Part shown: positions 36,830-50,149 of the stretch, in pieces
How positions within the stretch are numbered: position 1 is the first letter of the stretch
How the letters are laid out: each line of letters opens with the position of its first letter
DNA from: Dipteris shenzhenensis
Lineage: Eukaryota
Length of the DNA stretch: 64,000 nt
NCBI GenBank assembly: GCA_047967505.1
Contig: CM106538.1
Strand: one strand, 5' to 3'
Notes under the pieces: generated by a model
Database searches by the model: none
What the model saw: the letters and a program-made list of their open reading frames with translations, nothing else
Told to the model about the DNA's origin: nothing
Made by a program: the position numbers and the translations under genes

Positions 36830-39800
36830 AACTGAGTTGTGCTAATTTCTGCACGCTTCGGTGGAGTATTCAAGGAATTCCAGAACTCTTTGTCGACATT
36901 TCTCCTCTATTTGGACTTTCCTCACAAGTTCCACACAATTACCACGTGGATTTATTTGCTAAGGTTTCTAAGCTTCCTAAGGTTTTATTTGTTGGTCAAT
37001 TGCAAGGGTTGACTCCCTGTTTCCCATTCATCGGTTGCAGATTATCTTGTTGAGTCCGATTATGTAGTGATGCCCATATTTTGATGCATCTCAGGTCCTA
37101 TTTTTAGTAGCGGTTATTGCCATGAGGCTGTAATTTCTTGGACATACCTTATGCAGATCACTCTAGTTGCAATTTGAGCCATGTCCGCTCATTTGTGCTG
37201 TGCATTGGGTTGCAATGGATGCTTCACAGGCCATTTGGATGCATTGAGATCCTTGTTAGATGTGCTAATAGGCCCAGATTGCCTTGTGGGATGCTATTTT
37301 GATGGACACCTTGCACATGGATGCTATTTTGTGCTGATGGCGAATAGTTGCTACACATTGCAATTGATGCACTGATAGTGCTATGCTCTCTTAGATGAGA
37401 CATTATTGATCCTTATGCCCATGGATGGTGTTTATGCTTGATGCATTTGGATCTTATTGGCATTGGATTTGCCATTATCTTGTCATTGCAAGTTGGCATT
37501 TTCTTTTGGGCCATATTTGCTCATATGGATGCATAGTATATGCACATGAGTCTGATGCATTTTGATGCTTTGAGCTTTGAGTCTTTTCATGATATTACCC
37601 TCCATTATGGCAGACATATTTGCATGCACCTAGTATTTGGTGTGATTCTTTCTTGTAGGCACTAGCATTTGGGATTTCACTTTATTTGCATCATGGCATC
37701 CTCTTCCATGCCTGAAACTGAGTTTTTGGGCATTAAAAAGTTTGATGGGATAAAATTTTCTCTATGGAAAGAACAGATAAGGGATGTGCTTATTCAAAAA
37801 AAGTAGATTAAACCCTTGAAGGGATTGCATCTATGTCTGAGGATGATTTGAATGAGTTGGATGCATTAGCAAAGTCTACTGTTAGACTTCATCTTGCAGA
37901 GTCACTTTATTTCACAGTAGTAAATGAGCATACTATGGAAGATTTGTGGAAGAAAGTATGGGCCACTTATGAGAAGAAAATTGACTCTAATAAAGTTTAC
38001 CTCATGAAGAGGTTTCTCTGCAGATGAAGGAAGGGGTCTCCATTGCTTCTCGCTAGAATGAATTCAATATTATTTTCAGCTAGCGTTAGGCTCAAAATCT
38101 GAATTTTAATGCAGACACTAAGGCAATATTCCTCGTGTTCATTGCCATCCTCATGGGATACCTATGTACAGCTGTCAGTAATTCTGCACCTGGTGGAGTA
38201 CTAAAAATTGATGATGCTGTGGGTAGCTGCTTGACCGAGGAGATTAGATGGAAGTCTATGGATGGCAACAAGCAAGATGCAGCCGTAAATGTGCAAAGGG
38301 GTAGATCACAATTCAAGGAGAAGCCCCAAGAAAGAGGGAAGTCTCATAGCAAATCCAGGGCACAAAACATTGAGTGTTACCATTGTGGCAAGAAGGGCCA
38401 CATGAAAAAGGATTTCTACAAGCTGAAAAGAGGGCAAAAGGATAAGAAAAAGAATGCAAATTGGAGTGCAAATAAGAAGGAAGAGAGTCCAAGGGAGTGA
38501 AGATCGAGGAGATCAATGCAATCAGTAAGATGATAGTGACAATAACGTCTCTTCATGTCTAGTCTACTTGCAGAGTTTCTTACCACTGCAAATTTTGCAT
38601 ATTTCTAGGATTGGATTTTGGATTCTAGTGCTTCATTCATGTTACTCCCCATAGGGAATGGTTCTCCACTCACGACAATGGAAAGGCAAGTTGTGTACAT
38701 CTTGGAAATAACTATGCATGTGACATAGTGGGAATAGGTGACAAAGTTTTATTTTGCATATGGGTTTGCTTCTGTTTTCAAACATGTGAGACATGTGCCT
38801 AAGCTAACCAAGAGTCTCATTTTAGCTGGTTGGCTAGATGATGTTGGTTTTCATACCGTCTTTGGTTTTGGGAGTTGGAAAATTCAGAAGGGCTCTATTC
38901 TTTTGGCCAGGGGTGCCAAGTGTGGGACTCTACATCCCTTACATGTATGAGGGGTGTCTGATCATGTTTTTACAATGACCAAGCAACCAAGTGTAACTTC
39001 TTTTTGGCATTGCCGATTGGGCCATATGAGTCACAGTGGAAGGAAACTCTTATGCCATTGGGGTTATGTACCGCATTTGAGTTTTTCTAACCATGAATTT
39101 TGTGAGCATTGTCTCTATGGGAAGCAAACTGAATCAGCCCATAAAATAAGGGGAAAGAAAGAGCTTTTTGGTGCATTCATGTCCTCTCATACTCCAGAGA
39201 AAAATCTAGTTGTAGAGAAGATGAACCGCACCACTCAATAAATGCTGCAATGTATGCTTTCCAATTCAAGTCTTCCTAGTGGTTTTTGGGCTGAGGCAAT
39301 GAAGACTACAGTGCATGTGATCAATAGATCACCTAGTAAGAGTTTGAATGGTGATTTTTGAAGAGGCATGGAGTGGCAAGAAGCCCTCTTAATGCATCTT
39401 TCTAGGTTATGGTGAAAGTGGAGAGATGGGCTATCATCTCTCGGATCCCATAGCAAAGAAGAATATACAAAGCCATGATGTGGTCTTCAATGAGAAGAAG
39501 ATGCATGAGACACCCATGAGGGATGTGGAAATGAGGAGAATCACTTTCCAAGATGTGAATCCACCTGCATATGTTGATAGACATCAAGCTGTCCATGCAT
39601 CGAATGTGTAGGAAATGGTGCCACCAGAGATACTCCCATAGGTACACAATCAAGGGCAGATGATGGATCGTCTATTAGTGGAAATGATGAGACAAATGTG
39701 GCTGATATGCAGGCAGGACAGCAAGCTAAAATTCCCTTGAGAAGATCAACTAGAATGTCTAGACCACCTGATAGATTTGTTCCACGCACAGACTATATGA

Positions 39801-41564
39801 TGGTTATTGATTGCAGGGAGCCTTCTTGCTACAGAGGCTCTATGATGCGCGAGGATCAAAGCAAGTGGGAGTATGCTATGCAATCAGAGATGAGTTCACT
39901 CTCATGAAGAATAAGACTTGGAACTTGGTTTCTTTACCACATGGAAAGAAAGCATTGCCATGTAAATGGATCTACAAGATGAAGGTCACAGGTGATGATG
40001 GGCCTAAGTATAGGCCCACTTGGTTGCTAAAGGTTCAAGGAAGAGAAGGGTGTGGACTTTGATGAGATCTTCTCTTCAGTTGTGATGATGACCACACTTA
40101 GATGTGTACTTGGACTTGTGGCAGCAAAGGATATGGAGCTTATGCAGATGAATATCAAGATAGCGTTCTTGCTAGCGTTCTTGCATGGGGATCTACATGA
40201 GGAAATTTATAGGGTATAACCAGAAGGATTTGAAGAAAAGGGTAGAGACATTTGGTTGCAAGCTGAGAAAGAGTCTCTATGGCCTTAAGCAAGTGCTTAG
40301 AGAATGGAATCAGAAGTTTGATGCTTTAATTTGGTCCCATGGTTTCAAAAGAGGTGAGATTGATCAGTGTCTTTACACTAAAAGGGCTAAGGATAATATC
40401 TTGATACTCTTGGCACTTTATGTGGATGATATGCTATTGCGGCTAGCAAGAACACTTATGAGCTGGATGCATTAAAGGCCAAGTTGCATGAGGCCTTCGA
40501 CATGAAGGAGTTGGGAACTACATGTCATATTCTTGGTATGTGCATCACGTGTGACCAGAGTAAGAAATTCCTTTGGCTTTTACAAGAGGAGTATGTTACA
40601 AAAGTGTCGCAGCATTTCAATATGGAGGGGGGGAAGGCAGTAAGTACTCCATGTGAAACTAAGTCATGCAAATAGTCCCAAATCAAATGAGGAGAGGGCC
40701 ATGATGGCCAAGGTTCCTTATGCATCAGAGGTTGGAAGTCTTATCTATGCTATGATAGCTATTAGACCGAACATTGCATTTGCAGTGGGAGTTGTTAGCC
40801 TGTATATGGCTAATCTAGAAAAGAGGCATTGGGAGGCAGTTAAGTGCATCATGAGATACGTAAAGGGTACCAAGGAGATGTGCATCTACTTGGGTAGAGA
40901 AGAGATGTGTGTACTTGAGTACATAGATTCAGACTATGCAGGGCGTGTGGATACAAGAGATCCGTGGTGCAGTGTCATGGATGTCTCAAGCATAGAAGTG
41001 CATTTCTTTGTCCACCACAGAGGTCACAACCACAAAGGGTTCCAAGGAGGCTATATGGCTTGATCAACTAGTGGGAGATTTGGGGATTTGTAAAGTTCTA
41101 AAAACATTGCATAGTGATTCCATGAGTGCTATTTAGCTAGCACGGAATTCGGTCTTTCATGAAAAGACCAAACACATTGAGGTCAGGTACTATTTCAATG
41201 TGGACGTACTTGAGGACAAGAGCATAGAGCTTGTAAAGGTGATAACCATATAGATATGCTGACAAAGAGTCTACCTAGTCAGTGGTTTGAGTATTGCCAT
41301 GTATTGATGAGCTGGATAGTATGCTTATTGGCTATTCTCCCTTAAAGGCACATTGGCCTTTAAGTGGAAGGTTGTGGGGGTTAAAGGCCACTGTGCCTTA
41401 ACCTCGGTTATGTACAATACTCAAACATATATATATATATATATAAATGTGGATGACATAGAAGATCAGGGTGTTCTGCACCCACCAAAACTTGTGTGGC
41501 TCTCTTTTGGCTCTCCCTCTCTCTCTCACCCTCTTCCATTCTGCTTCCATTGAGAGCACTCTCA
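36830..41564 (+). mobile_element. Ty1/copia element C1, 5'-truncated and strongly decayed (3' LTR 41373-41564)
   Basis: Leader, gag and RT are homologous to C2; PPT AAGTGGAAGG; 3' LTR matches the C2 LTRs. No 5' LTR or PBS found. Confidence 0.88.
37693..41319 (+). pseudogene. Copia gag-pol (C1) with integrase core deleted near 39160
   Basis: KFDGIKFSLWK, CYHCGKKGHMKKD, WILDSSASF, FWHCRLGHMS..CEHCLYGKQ, LYVDD, KTKHIEVRY. Confidence 0.9.
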
Positions 41565-43227
41565 ATGTTAGAAGAAACTAGTCTTTGAGAGGATGAGGTA
41601 CGATGCCAGCTCTCAAATGACACCTCCGAGGGTGTCATTGACTTTAATGCTCCCATCGATCCAAAAATCAATGAGATCGCACACTTTGATGACTCAAAAC
41701 CCACTAATTTAGAGGCTCTATGTCTCACATAAAAGTCAATCAAGGACATCAAGCCAGAGTACCAGATGTTTGAGGAATAATTCTAGGATTTATAGAGATT
41801 GTTGTTCACTGACAAAGAGAAAGAAGCTAGTACCTCGAGTCAGCATGAACTACAAGACCCACTAGAAAAGGGATTCCAGTTGGACACTACAGCAGCTGAT
41901 GAACATTCTTGGCAATTAGGCAGAAAAGTTCTTAACTTTGCCACATCAGGGTTTAGGACTTATTATCATATTTTTTTCATCATTTGATTCAATTTCCCAT
42001 CCATATCGTCTATACTCTCTAGACTTTTGTAGGTTCTATTTTTACATACAAAATTCTTGTTTTGTCTTCAACCTATAGAGAATCAATGATAGCATAGCAC
42101 AACCGAGTATATCTTTTAGATTTTAAACCCAAGTTCTCATTTAGATGCTGTAAATAATGTAATAAATTCTCAGACCAAAAAGGTCTTTGGTAGCAAGCAA
42201 CTATGGTCTACCTTTTGCAAAAAGTAAGCTCAGGTCGCACCACACTAGGTTTCTTGCTTGTAGGGCCCTTTTTTGTGTGCAAATCCATAATATGGTTTAT
42301 ACTACCTGAAGGAGCACTCTACTTCAAATAAAAATTGGTTAGACAACTAAACCCTAATTTTTCTTGATTTTTTTATTTTCTTCTTGTTTTCCACCAAAAG
42401 GTTCCTCCGGCATACAGGATGCATCTACTATGAAAAAAGTAGGTCCTAAATGCATGGTACCAGATTTCATTCTTCCATGACTGTTTTTAATCTGGTTTTT
42501 TATTAGATATATTTTCGGTGCTAAAAGAATAATCTAGTGCAATTTTAGCACATGGAAATATAATCAAAAATCAAGGTTTAGGGTTTTTGTGTAATATTGA
42601 TCAATGGTTAATTCTAGGATGTTTTAAAGATGGATGAATACGATGGAAGCAGAGGATCTACTAGGGGAGTGATGGCTTCAAATGGTTTAGCAAAGTGGTT
42701 CCGCAAATCTTGTCCACATATTGGTCTTCTATCGGCAATTTTCATTGGATAGAAAGTTTAAAATAATGAAGTTTAGGGTCCGTAAGTTGAATGTTAAAGA
42801 TGAACACCATCCAACACAATCTCGATTATGTAGTTTTGATAAGTTTAACATTGCTTTATTTTATTCTTAGACACATGATCCAAAGCTCTCCATAGTGTCA
42901 ATTGTAGGGCTTAGCTAGTGTCACTGATCCCCAAGCAATTGAAAATGAAATTGTTGAACCATTTCTTCTTAGACAAGTGAAAGAGGGTGCAAAACTAGCA
43001 GAAAGAAGCCTAAACTAGAGTAATATGTGCCCTAGATGGATGGTCCGTGTAATCTCACTTCGAATTAATAAAGCCTATGTCTTTGAATTGATTTATTTCT
43101 TTGTTATTGAATATTATTTTCTTTCTTTTTCAAAAGAAAGATGGTTGAATTATATTACTTCCAGCATATACAACTTGTTCAACTAAAAAAAATGAACAAA
43201 AGGAACTGAGACAAAAAGAAAAGCAAA

Positions 43228-44001
43228 TCATACATCAGTTATATAGTGAGAGTCTATGGACTTGGCTTTAAAGTCTCTGATCAAAGCCTTGCTATCCCGA
43301 AAAACAACCCATTTTCCTTCTTTTTTGGCTGCCTTTACCTCTGCAAGCTTCAAGGTCTTAGTCTTAAGTTGAGCTTTTGTGAGTTCCTCTACCATCCACA
43401 ATTTTTATCCTTTTAGCTTATTTGATTGTCTGACAATGTGAGTTCTCTCAGCTTTTGAATCGAAGTTAAGGATTGCATGTGCTCGTGCTTTTCCAATATT
43501 AAACTCTAAGTCTTCCCATTCAACTCTTGGTAAACCTTTGCTGATTTTCCCACAAGTCTCTTCAAAAGAGTCTTCCGCTATGTACCAATTGTCTAGTAAA
43601 ACTCTGATCCTAAGGATTCATGAGTTGCACAATCTATCAACTTGCTCTTTAACTTCCTTCTATTGTCGAGTAGATGTCTGTGTGTCTAAGGAGCTCTTTA
43701 CTTATCCTTTGATCTTCTCTTGGATTTCTCCCTTAATCTTCTCATGCATCTCTTCCATTTGACTAAAGACAGCTTCATCATTTAGAGCTACAATGGGACC
43801 TACCTTTTCTAGTTTGCCCTCATCCACTTTTACTCTCTCTTCAAGCTCCTGGAACTTGTGCTTCAGCTCATTGTTCTCCTTTTTGAGAAGGATAACTTGC
43901 TGTTCTAGAAGAAGAATGACCTCATTTTTCCTAGTGTTAAGAAAAGGAGAAGCTACGATTGCAGCATATGAAGGCTACTTCTCTTGTTTCTTGTCCCCCA
44001 T
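43228..44001 (-). pseudogene. LINE ORF1p-like protein (coiled coil + RRM-like + CTD-like), 258 codons with five internal stops, no ORF2
   Basis: Manual single-frame translation: MGDKKQEK*PSYAAIV...LKKENNELKHKFQELEERV...ILRIRVL...AILNFDSKAERTHIVRQSNKLKG*KLWMVEELTKAQL...AAKKEGKWVVFRDSKALI. Absent from the ORF track because of the stops. Confidence 0.7.
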
Positions 44002-46090
44002 AAAAGAAAAATAGTCTACCAGTACCCCCTTTGCTTGCGACTTTCACCACGGCCAAACGATAACGATTCTGGATTTGTCCCAGAAGACAAGAATATATCT
44101 TATCTTCCAAATAATAAACTTTCTTTTTCCTTTGAAGTGATCTGAGCAAACCTCAAAAATTTATGGTCGATTCTTTGACTGTGTGAAAACCAATCTGGAG
44201 TAACATAAACTTTGACCTAGAGGAGAATGGCGACCTGAGGGGAGCCTCCTAGAGATCAAATTGAGTGAGGTCGACTTGCAAAGAACTCCAAGCTGAGATC
44301 TACCCCCTACGCTGGGCCATAGAGTTCATCCCATCCAGGAGTGGGGAGAAAGCAATGGAGAGGAGAGGAGAGGAGAGCAGAGGAGAGTAGATTTTATCCC
44401 TTCAACAATTATTTTCTTTCTTGAAATTGCATGTAAGTAAAATAGAGATTGCAAAGACAAATGCATAATTTTTGTTTTTCCAAATTACACGTACAAATTT
44501 TGGAGATTGCAATGACAAAGACATAGGCTACAAATTATCTGACAAGAATAACATGACTACATTCATAGGAACAATATACAAGATTCAGAACCCTCACATC
44601 TCTAGATCACCCAAGGCAAAATACACATGCCAACCCTAACTATCACGGCATAAAACTCAAACCAACCCTAAGTCTCCTTAGATTGCCTAAGGTATACAAT
44701 AAATTGCATACCTTTTGTGGTCATACTAACCCTGCTCCTATGGATGGCAACCAACCGAAAATTAGCACGATGAGGTCTACCAAGTAGGCCTCAGTTGCAT
44801 GATATAAGGAAAGCATGGCATATGCCTCTATACACCAAGGGGGCCTTCACGATCCCTCACTTGTACCACCTAGACATATGTCTATTGTTCAGGTCTTGCA
44901 TGATTGCATGTACAACTTTGGCAAAGCCCACTTCGGGATTAGGAGATTGATAGATTTCTCATAGTTGTGGATGTCCCAAAGTGCCATAGTTCCCAATTTG
45001 AATCTGGGCACATGGGAGGTGGAGAGCTCTTAAAACAATGAAATGAAAATGAGACCCCATTCCTTTATATAGGGCCAAAAACACTAATTTTTAAAATTAC
45101 TTGTTTTCAACCCTAAACTCTAAAAACATAAAGTTGACTCAACCTTGAACTAAAAACTTATAATTAACATGCATGAACTCATATTTTTCCTTTATATTAC
45201 AATTCATAGCCTCTATACAGTGACTTTACTCCTGATCACATAACTAAAATTAAAAATAAAATTTGAAACTTATGCATTGGAAGAGTCCACACCATCAATT
45301 TCATTTGACTCCACCCATATGCACCCTTCTCTATGATAGCTTGCATGCCTCCTTGCATGATATGTCGAAGTATATACTGTTCTTCTACATTTAATGATGA
45401 AATCATGCAATGCGTGGGACACTAATGACTCTTTGAATGCTAGTGTTGTAGCTGCTCTTATTTTGATATGCATGTATCATCATTGAACCAATTGAACCAT
45501 CAGGCTCAACTTAGTTCGACCAGCCCCATGTTGTGTTGCCCTATTATATGACAAATGCTTGTCAATGCAATCTTTTGAGTGGACCATACTACAATGCTTC
45601 CATGGTACCATGCCATGTATGGTGCATAAGCATATAAAATATGCTGCCTAATAGGAAATATAAATTCGTAAGTATGGTACCATTCAATAATATGTAAACC
45701 TCAATAAATTAGAGATTACCATGTATTTTGTGAAATAATTCTTTCCCTAATTCCATAGTCTAGCTAAAGCCATTATAGCATTGATCAAACACTCTACATT
45801 ATCATCTTTGAAAATTTCCTTTTGTAGTAGAGGTACCAAGCTATCAAGAGCTAACCAAACTCAATCCTTTTCCAACCTCTTTCCCCCCCTTCCTCATCTT
45901 TCACAGTAGGCTTAAAGACTTCACACCACCAAAGCTTGGCTTGCATGGAAAATTTCCTATTTTTCTAGATCTTTTCTCATCTTTTGTAATCTTTACTTGC
46001 CCAAAGTGTAGTCCCATCATGAAAGAACATTTTCAATTCTTACTATCATCCTCTCATTTTCTTATTGGGGCTTCAAGTTATATGCATTAA

Positions 46091-49000
46091 TGTGGGGGTT
46101 AAAGGTCACTGTGCCTTTACCCCGATTATGTACAATACTCAAACACACATATAAATAAATGAAAAAGAAGATTAGGGTGTTCTGCACCCACCAAAACATG
46201 TGTGGCTCTCTATTTCTCTCTCTCCCTCTTTCATTCTTGCTTCTGTTGAGAGCACTCTCAACTGGTATCAGAGCCCAGGTGATCTAGCTGAGCGTGCGTG
46301 AATGCCTGGAAGCCCAGCAGCCTTGTGGGAGGAAGGAGAAGCTCTATGGGAAGCTTTGTGGGTGATTTTACTTGCATCTGAGTGCGCAGAGACCTTGAAG
46401 GAACCTTTGGAAAAGTCACTTTGGTTTTGCGAAGTGGTTTTGGGAGCCTGTTAAGTGTTTTCAAAGAAAAAGTCATTTTTAAAGCTTTTCCCTGTTCCGT
46501 TCGACAACAGAGACTCCAAATTGACTTATAGAGGCAACTATTGCTTGCTTTTGGTATCCACTTCACTTCAGGATCTTGGAAACACCTTTATTCTTGAATC
46601 TTGGATCATTTCATTGGATTTCTGACTCATTGTGTTAGTTTCTACGTTTTTCTGCCCGGGTGTTGGAACTCAAGTTTGGAGCAACCATTTGCAGATATGT
46701 TAGTTCTGGTGGACTCAGGAGGTCCTAAAACTTCTATGTTACTCATCATTCGCACTCCGGTGGAGTTTAAAAATAGTTCTGTTTCCAAAAATGTTTTTCA
46801 GTCCGTGTGTTGGACCTAGTGATTGAGACCACGGTTTCTAAAACTGTTTGTCGCATTGTGTTTTGGATGCCCAAAAACCCCTACCTGTCAGTTCTTGCAT
46901 GATTTGGTGGAGTATTTTTAGAGTTATAGATCTCTGTGTATTGGATTTCGTCTCTCTATTATGCATTTTTCATTCTAATGTTTTGAAACCTTAGATTTAT
47001 GCCACATGCCAGTGGATAAGTGTTGACTCCCATTTTCCACTCATCGGTTGGGATTTTGGAGTTCCGACAAAAGAGAGATGTTTGCAAATTTTTTGCTGAG
47101 TCCGATTATGCAATGGCACCCATATTTTGAGGCATCTCAGGTTCTGTTTTCAGTAGCGGTCATTGCCGTGGGACCATGATTTCTTGAGCATACCTAATGC
47201 AGATCACTCTGGTTACAGTTTCATCCATGTGCGCTCATTTGTGTTGTGCATTGGGTTGCAGTGGATGATTTATAGTCCATTTGGATGCATTGCGACCCTT
47301 ATTGGAGGCGTTGATAGGCCCAGATTGCCTTGTGGGATGCTATTTTTTATGGACGCTTTGCACATGGATGCTATTTTATGCTGAGGGACAGCTTTGACAC
47401 ATTGTAGGTGATGCACTGATAGTGTTATGCTCTCTTGGATGAGATATTGGTAATGCATATGCCCATGGATGGTGTTTATGCTTGAGCCATTTGGCACTTA
47501 TTGGCATTTTGGATTGCCATAGCAGTTGACATTTTCTTTTGGGCTAGATTTGCACATATGGATGCATAGTACGTGCACATGAGTCAGCTGTATCTTTTGA
47601 TGCTTTGAGCTTTGAGTTTTAGTGATATTTCACTCTATTGTGGCATACACATTTGGGTGCACCTAGTATTTGGTGTGATTCTCTCTTGCAGGCACTAGCA
47701 TTTGGGATTTTGCTTTATTTGCATCATGGCATCCTCTTCCATGCCTGAAAAGGAGTTTTTTCAACATTAAAAAGTTTGATGGGACAAACATTTCTTTGCG
47801 GAAAGAACAGATAAGGGATGTGCTTATTCAAAAGAAGCAGATTAAACCCTTAGCAGGGATTGAAGCTAAGCCTGCAAATATGTTTGAGGATGATTGGAAT
47901 GAGTTGGATGCATTAGCAAAGTCTACTATTAGACGTCATCTTGTAGAGAGTTTATTTCACAGTAGTAAATGAGCAGACTACCAAAGATATTGTGGAAGAA
48001 ACTGTGTGCCACTTATGAGAAGGAAACTGCCTCTAATAAAGTTTACCTCGTGAAGAGGTTGTTTGAGCTATAGATGAAGGAAGGGGTCTCCATTGCTTCT
48101 CACTTAAGTGAATTCAATATTATTTTCAGCCAGCTTCAGGCTCAAAAAATGAATTTTGATGCGGAGACCAAGGCAATATTTCTCTTATGTTCATTGCCAT
48201 CCTCATGGGATACCTTTCGTACAGCTGTCAATAACTCTGCACCTAGTGGAGTACTGAAATTTGATGATGTTGTGGGTAGCTTGTTGGCCAAGGAGATTAG
48301 ACGGAAGTCTATGGATGGCAACAAGCAGGATGTAGCCTTAAATGTGCAAAGGGGCAGATCACAATTCAGGGGGAAGTCCCAAGAAAGAGGGAAGTCTCGT
48401 AGCAAATCCACGGCACGGAACATTGAGTGTTACCACTATCGCAAGAAGGGCCATATGAAAAAGGATTGCTACAAGCTGAAAAGAGAGCAAAAGGATAAGA
48501 AAAAGAATGCAAATTGGGGTGCAAATAAGAAGGAAGAGAGTCCAAGGGAGGACAAAGGAAAAGTGAAGATCGAGGAGATCAATGCACCGTCACACATGAT
48601 AATGACAATGACATTCTCTTCATGTCTAGTTTATCTGCAGAGTTGCTGACCACACTTAGATGCATGCTTGGACTAGTGGCAGCAGAAGATATGGAGCTTA
48701 TGCAGATGGATGTCAAGACAGCTTTCTTGCATTGGGATCTACATGAGGAAATTTACATGGTGCAGCCGGAAGGCTTTGAAGAAAAGGGCAAAGAGCATTT
48801 AGTTCACAAGCTGAAGAAGAGTCTCTATGGTCTTAAGCAAGTGCCTAGAGAATGGTATCAGAAGTTTGATGCTTTCATTCGGTCCCAGGGTTTTAGAAGG
48901 AGTGAAATTGATCACTACCTCTACACTAAAAGGGCTAAGGATAATAGCTTAATAATACTGGCACTATATGTGGATGATATGCTATTGGCTAGCAAGAATA

Positions 49001-50149
49001 CTTATGAGCTAGATGCATTAAAGGCCAAGTTGCATGAGGCCTTTGATATGAAGGGTTTGGGACTTGCAGGTCATATTCTTGGTATGCGCATCACGCGTGA
49101 ACGGAGTAGGAAACTCCTTTGGCTTTCACAGAAGGAGTATGTTACAAAAGTATTGCAACGTTTCAATATGGAGCGGGAGAAGGTAGTGAGTACTCCATTG
49201 CCTCCATATGTGAAACTGAGTCATACAGATAGTCCCAAATCAAATGAGGAGAGGGCCATGATGGCCAAGGTTCCTTATGCATTAGCGGTTGGGAGTCTTG
49301 TGTATGCTATGATAGCTACTAGACCAGACATTGCATTTGCAATGGGAGTTGTTAGTTGGTATATGGCTAATCTAGGAAAGAGGCATTGGGAGGCAGTTAA
49401 GTGCATCATGAGGTACATGAAGGGTACCAAGGAGATGTGCATCTGCTTTGGTAGAGGAGACATGCGTGTACTTGGGTACATAGATTCAGACTATGCAGGG
49501 CATGTGGATAGTAGGAGATCCACTTCTGGTTATGTGTTCACCTTTGCAGGTGGTGCAGTGTTGTGGATGTCTCGTGCATAGAAGTGTGTTGCTCTGTCTA
49601 CCACAGAGGCTGAGTATGTTGTAGCCATAGAGGGTTGCAAGGAGGCTATATGGCTTGATTGGCTAGTGGGAGATTTGGGGATTCATACAGGTGTACCGAC
49701 ATTACATAGTGATTCCATGACTGCTATTCAACTAGCACGAAATCCGGTCTTTCATGCAAAGACCAAACACATTGAGGTCAGGTACCATTTCATCAGGGAG
49801 GTACTTGAGGACAAGCGCATAGAGCTTGTCAAGGTTCATACAGATGATAACCCTGTAGATATGCTGACGAAGAGTCTACCTAGTCAGCAGTTTGAGTATT
49901 GTTGTGTATTGATGGGCATTGGATAGTATGCTCCCTGGTTGTTCTCCCTTAAAGGCACATTGTTCTTTAAGTGGGAGGTTGTGGGGATTAAAGGTCACTG
50001 TGCCTTTACCCCGGTTATGTACAATACTCAAACACATATATAAATGAATGAAAAAGAAGATTAGGGTGTTCTACACCCACCAAAATGTGTGTGGCTCTCT
50101 GTTTCTCTCTCTCCCTCTTTTGTTCTTGCTTTCGTTGAGAGCACTCTCA
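46091..50149 (+). mobile_element. Ty1/copia element C2, internally deleted (170-bp LTRs at 46091-46260 and 49980-50149)
   Basis: TSD ATTAA (46086-46090 / 50150-50154), PBS TGGTATCAGAGC (46263-46274), PPT AAGTGGGAGG. About 12 LTR differences, all transitions. Confidence 0.97.
47726..49926 (+). pseudogene. Copia gag joined to truncated RT-RNase H; protease and integrase missing
   Basis: Gag (ORF 48074-48649) runs into LSAELLTT|LRCMLGLVA...QMDVKTAFL...LYVDD...YIDSDYAG...KTKHIEVRYHF. Confidence 0.92.

Noticed and set aside
41565-41990. Acidic coding-like remnant after C1, similar in style to 35.5-36.45 kb
   Set aside because: Could be an older element split by C1, but there is no diagnostic motif or TSD
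44200-45250. Possible minus-strand solo LTR (TATA near 45065)
   Set aside because: No termini, TSD or second copy could be fixed
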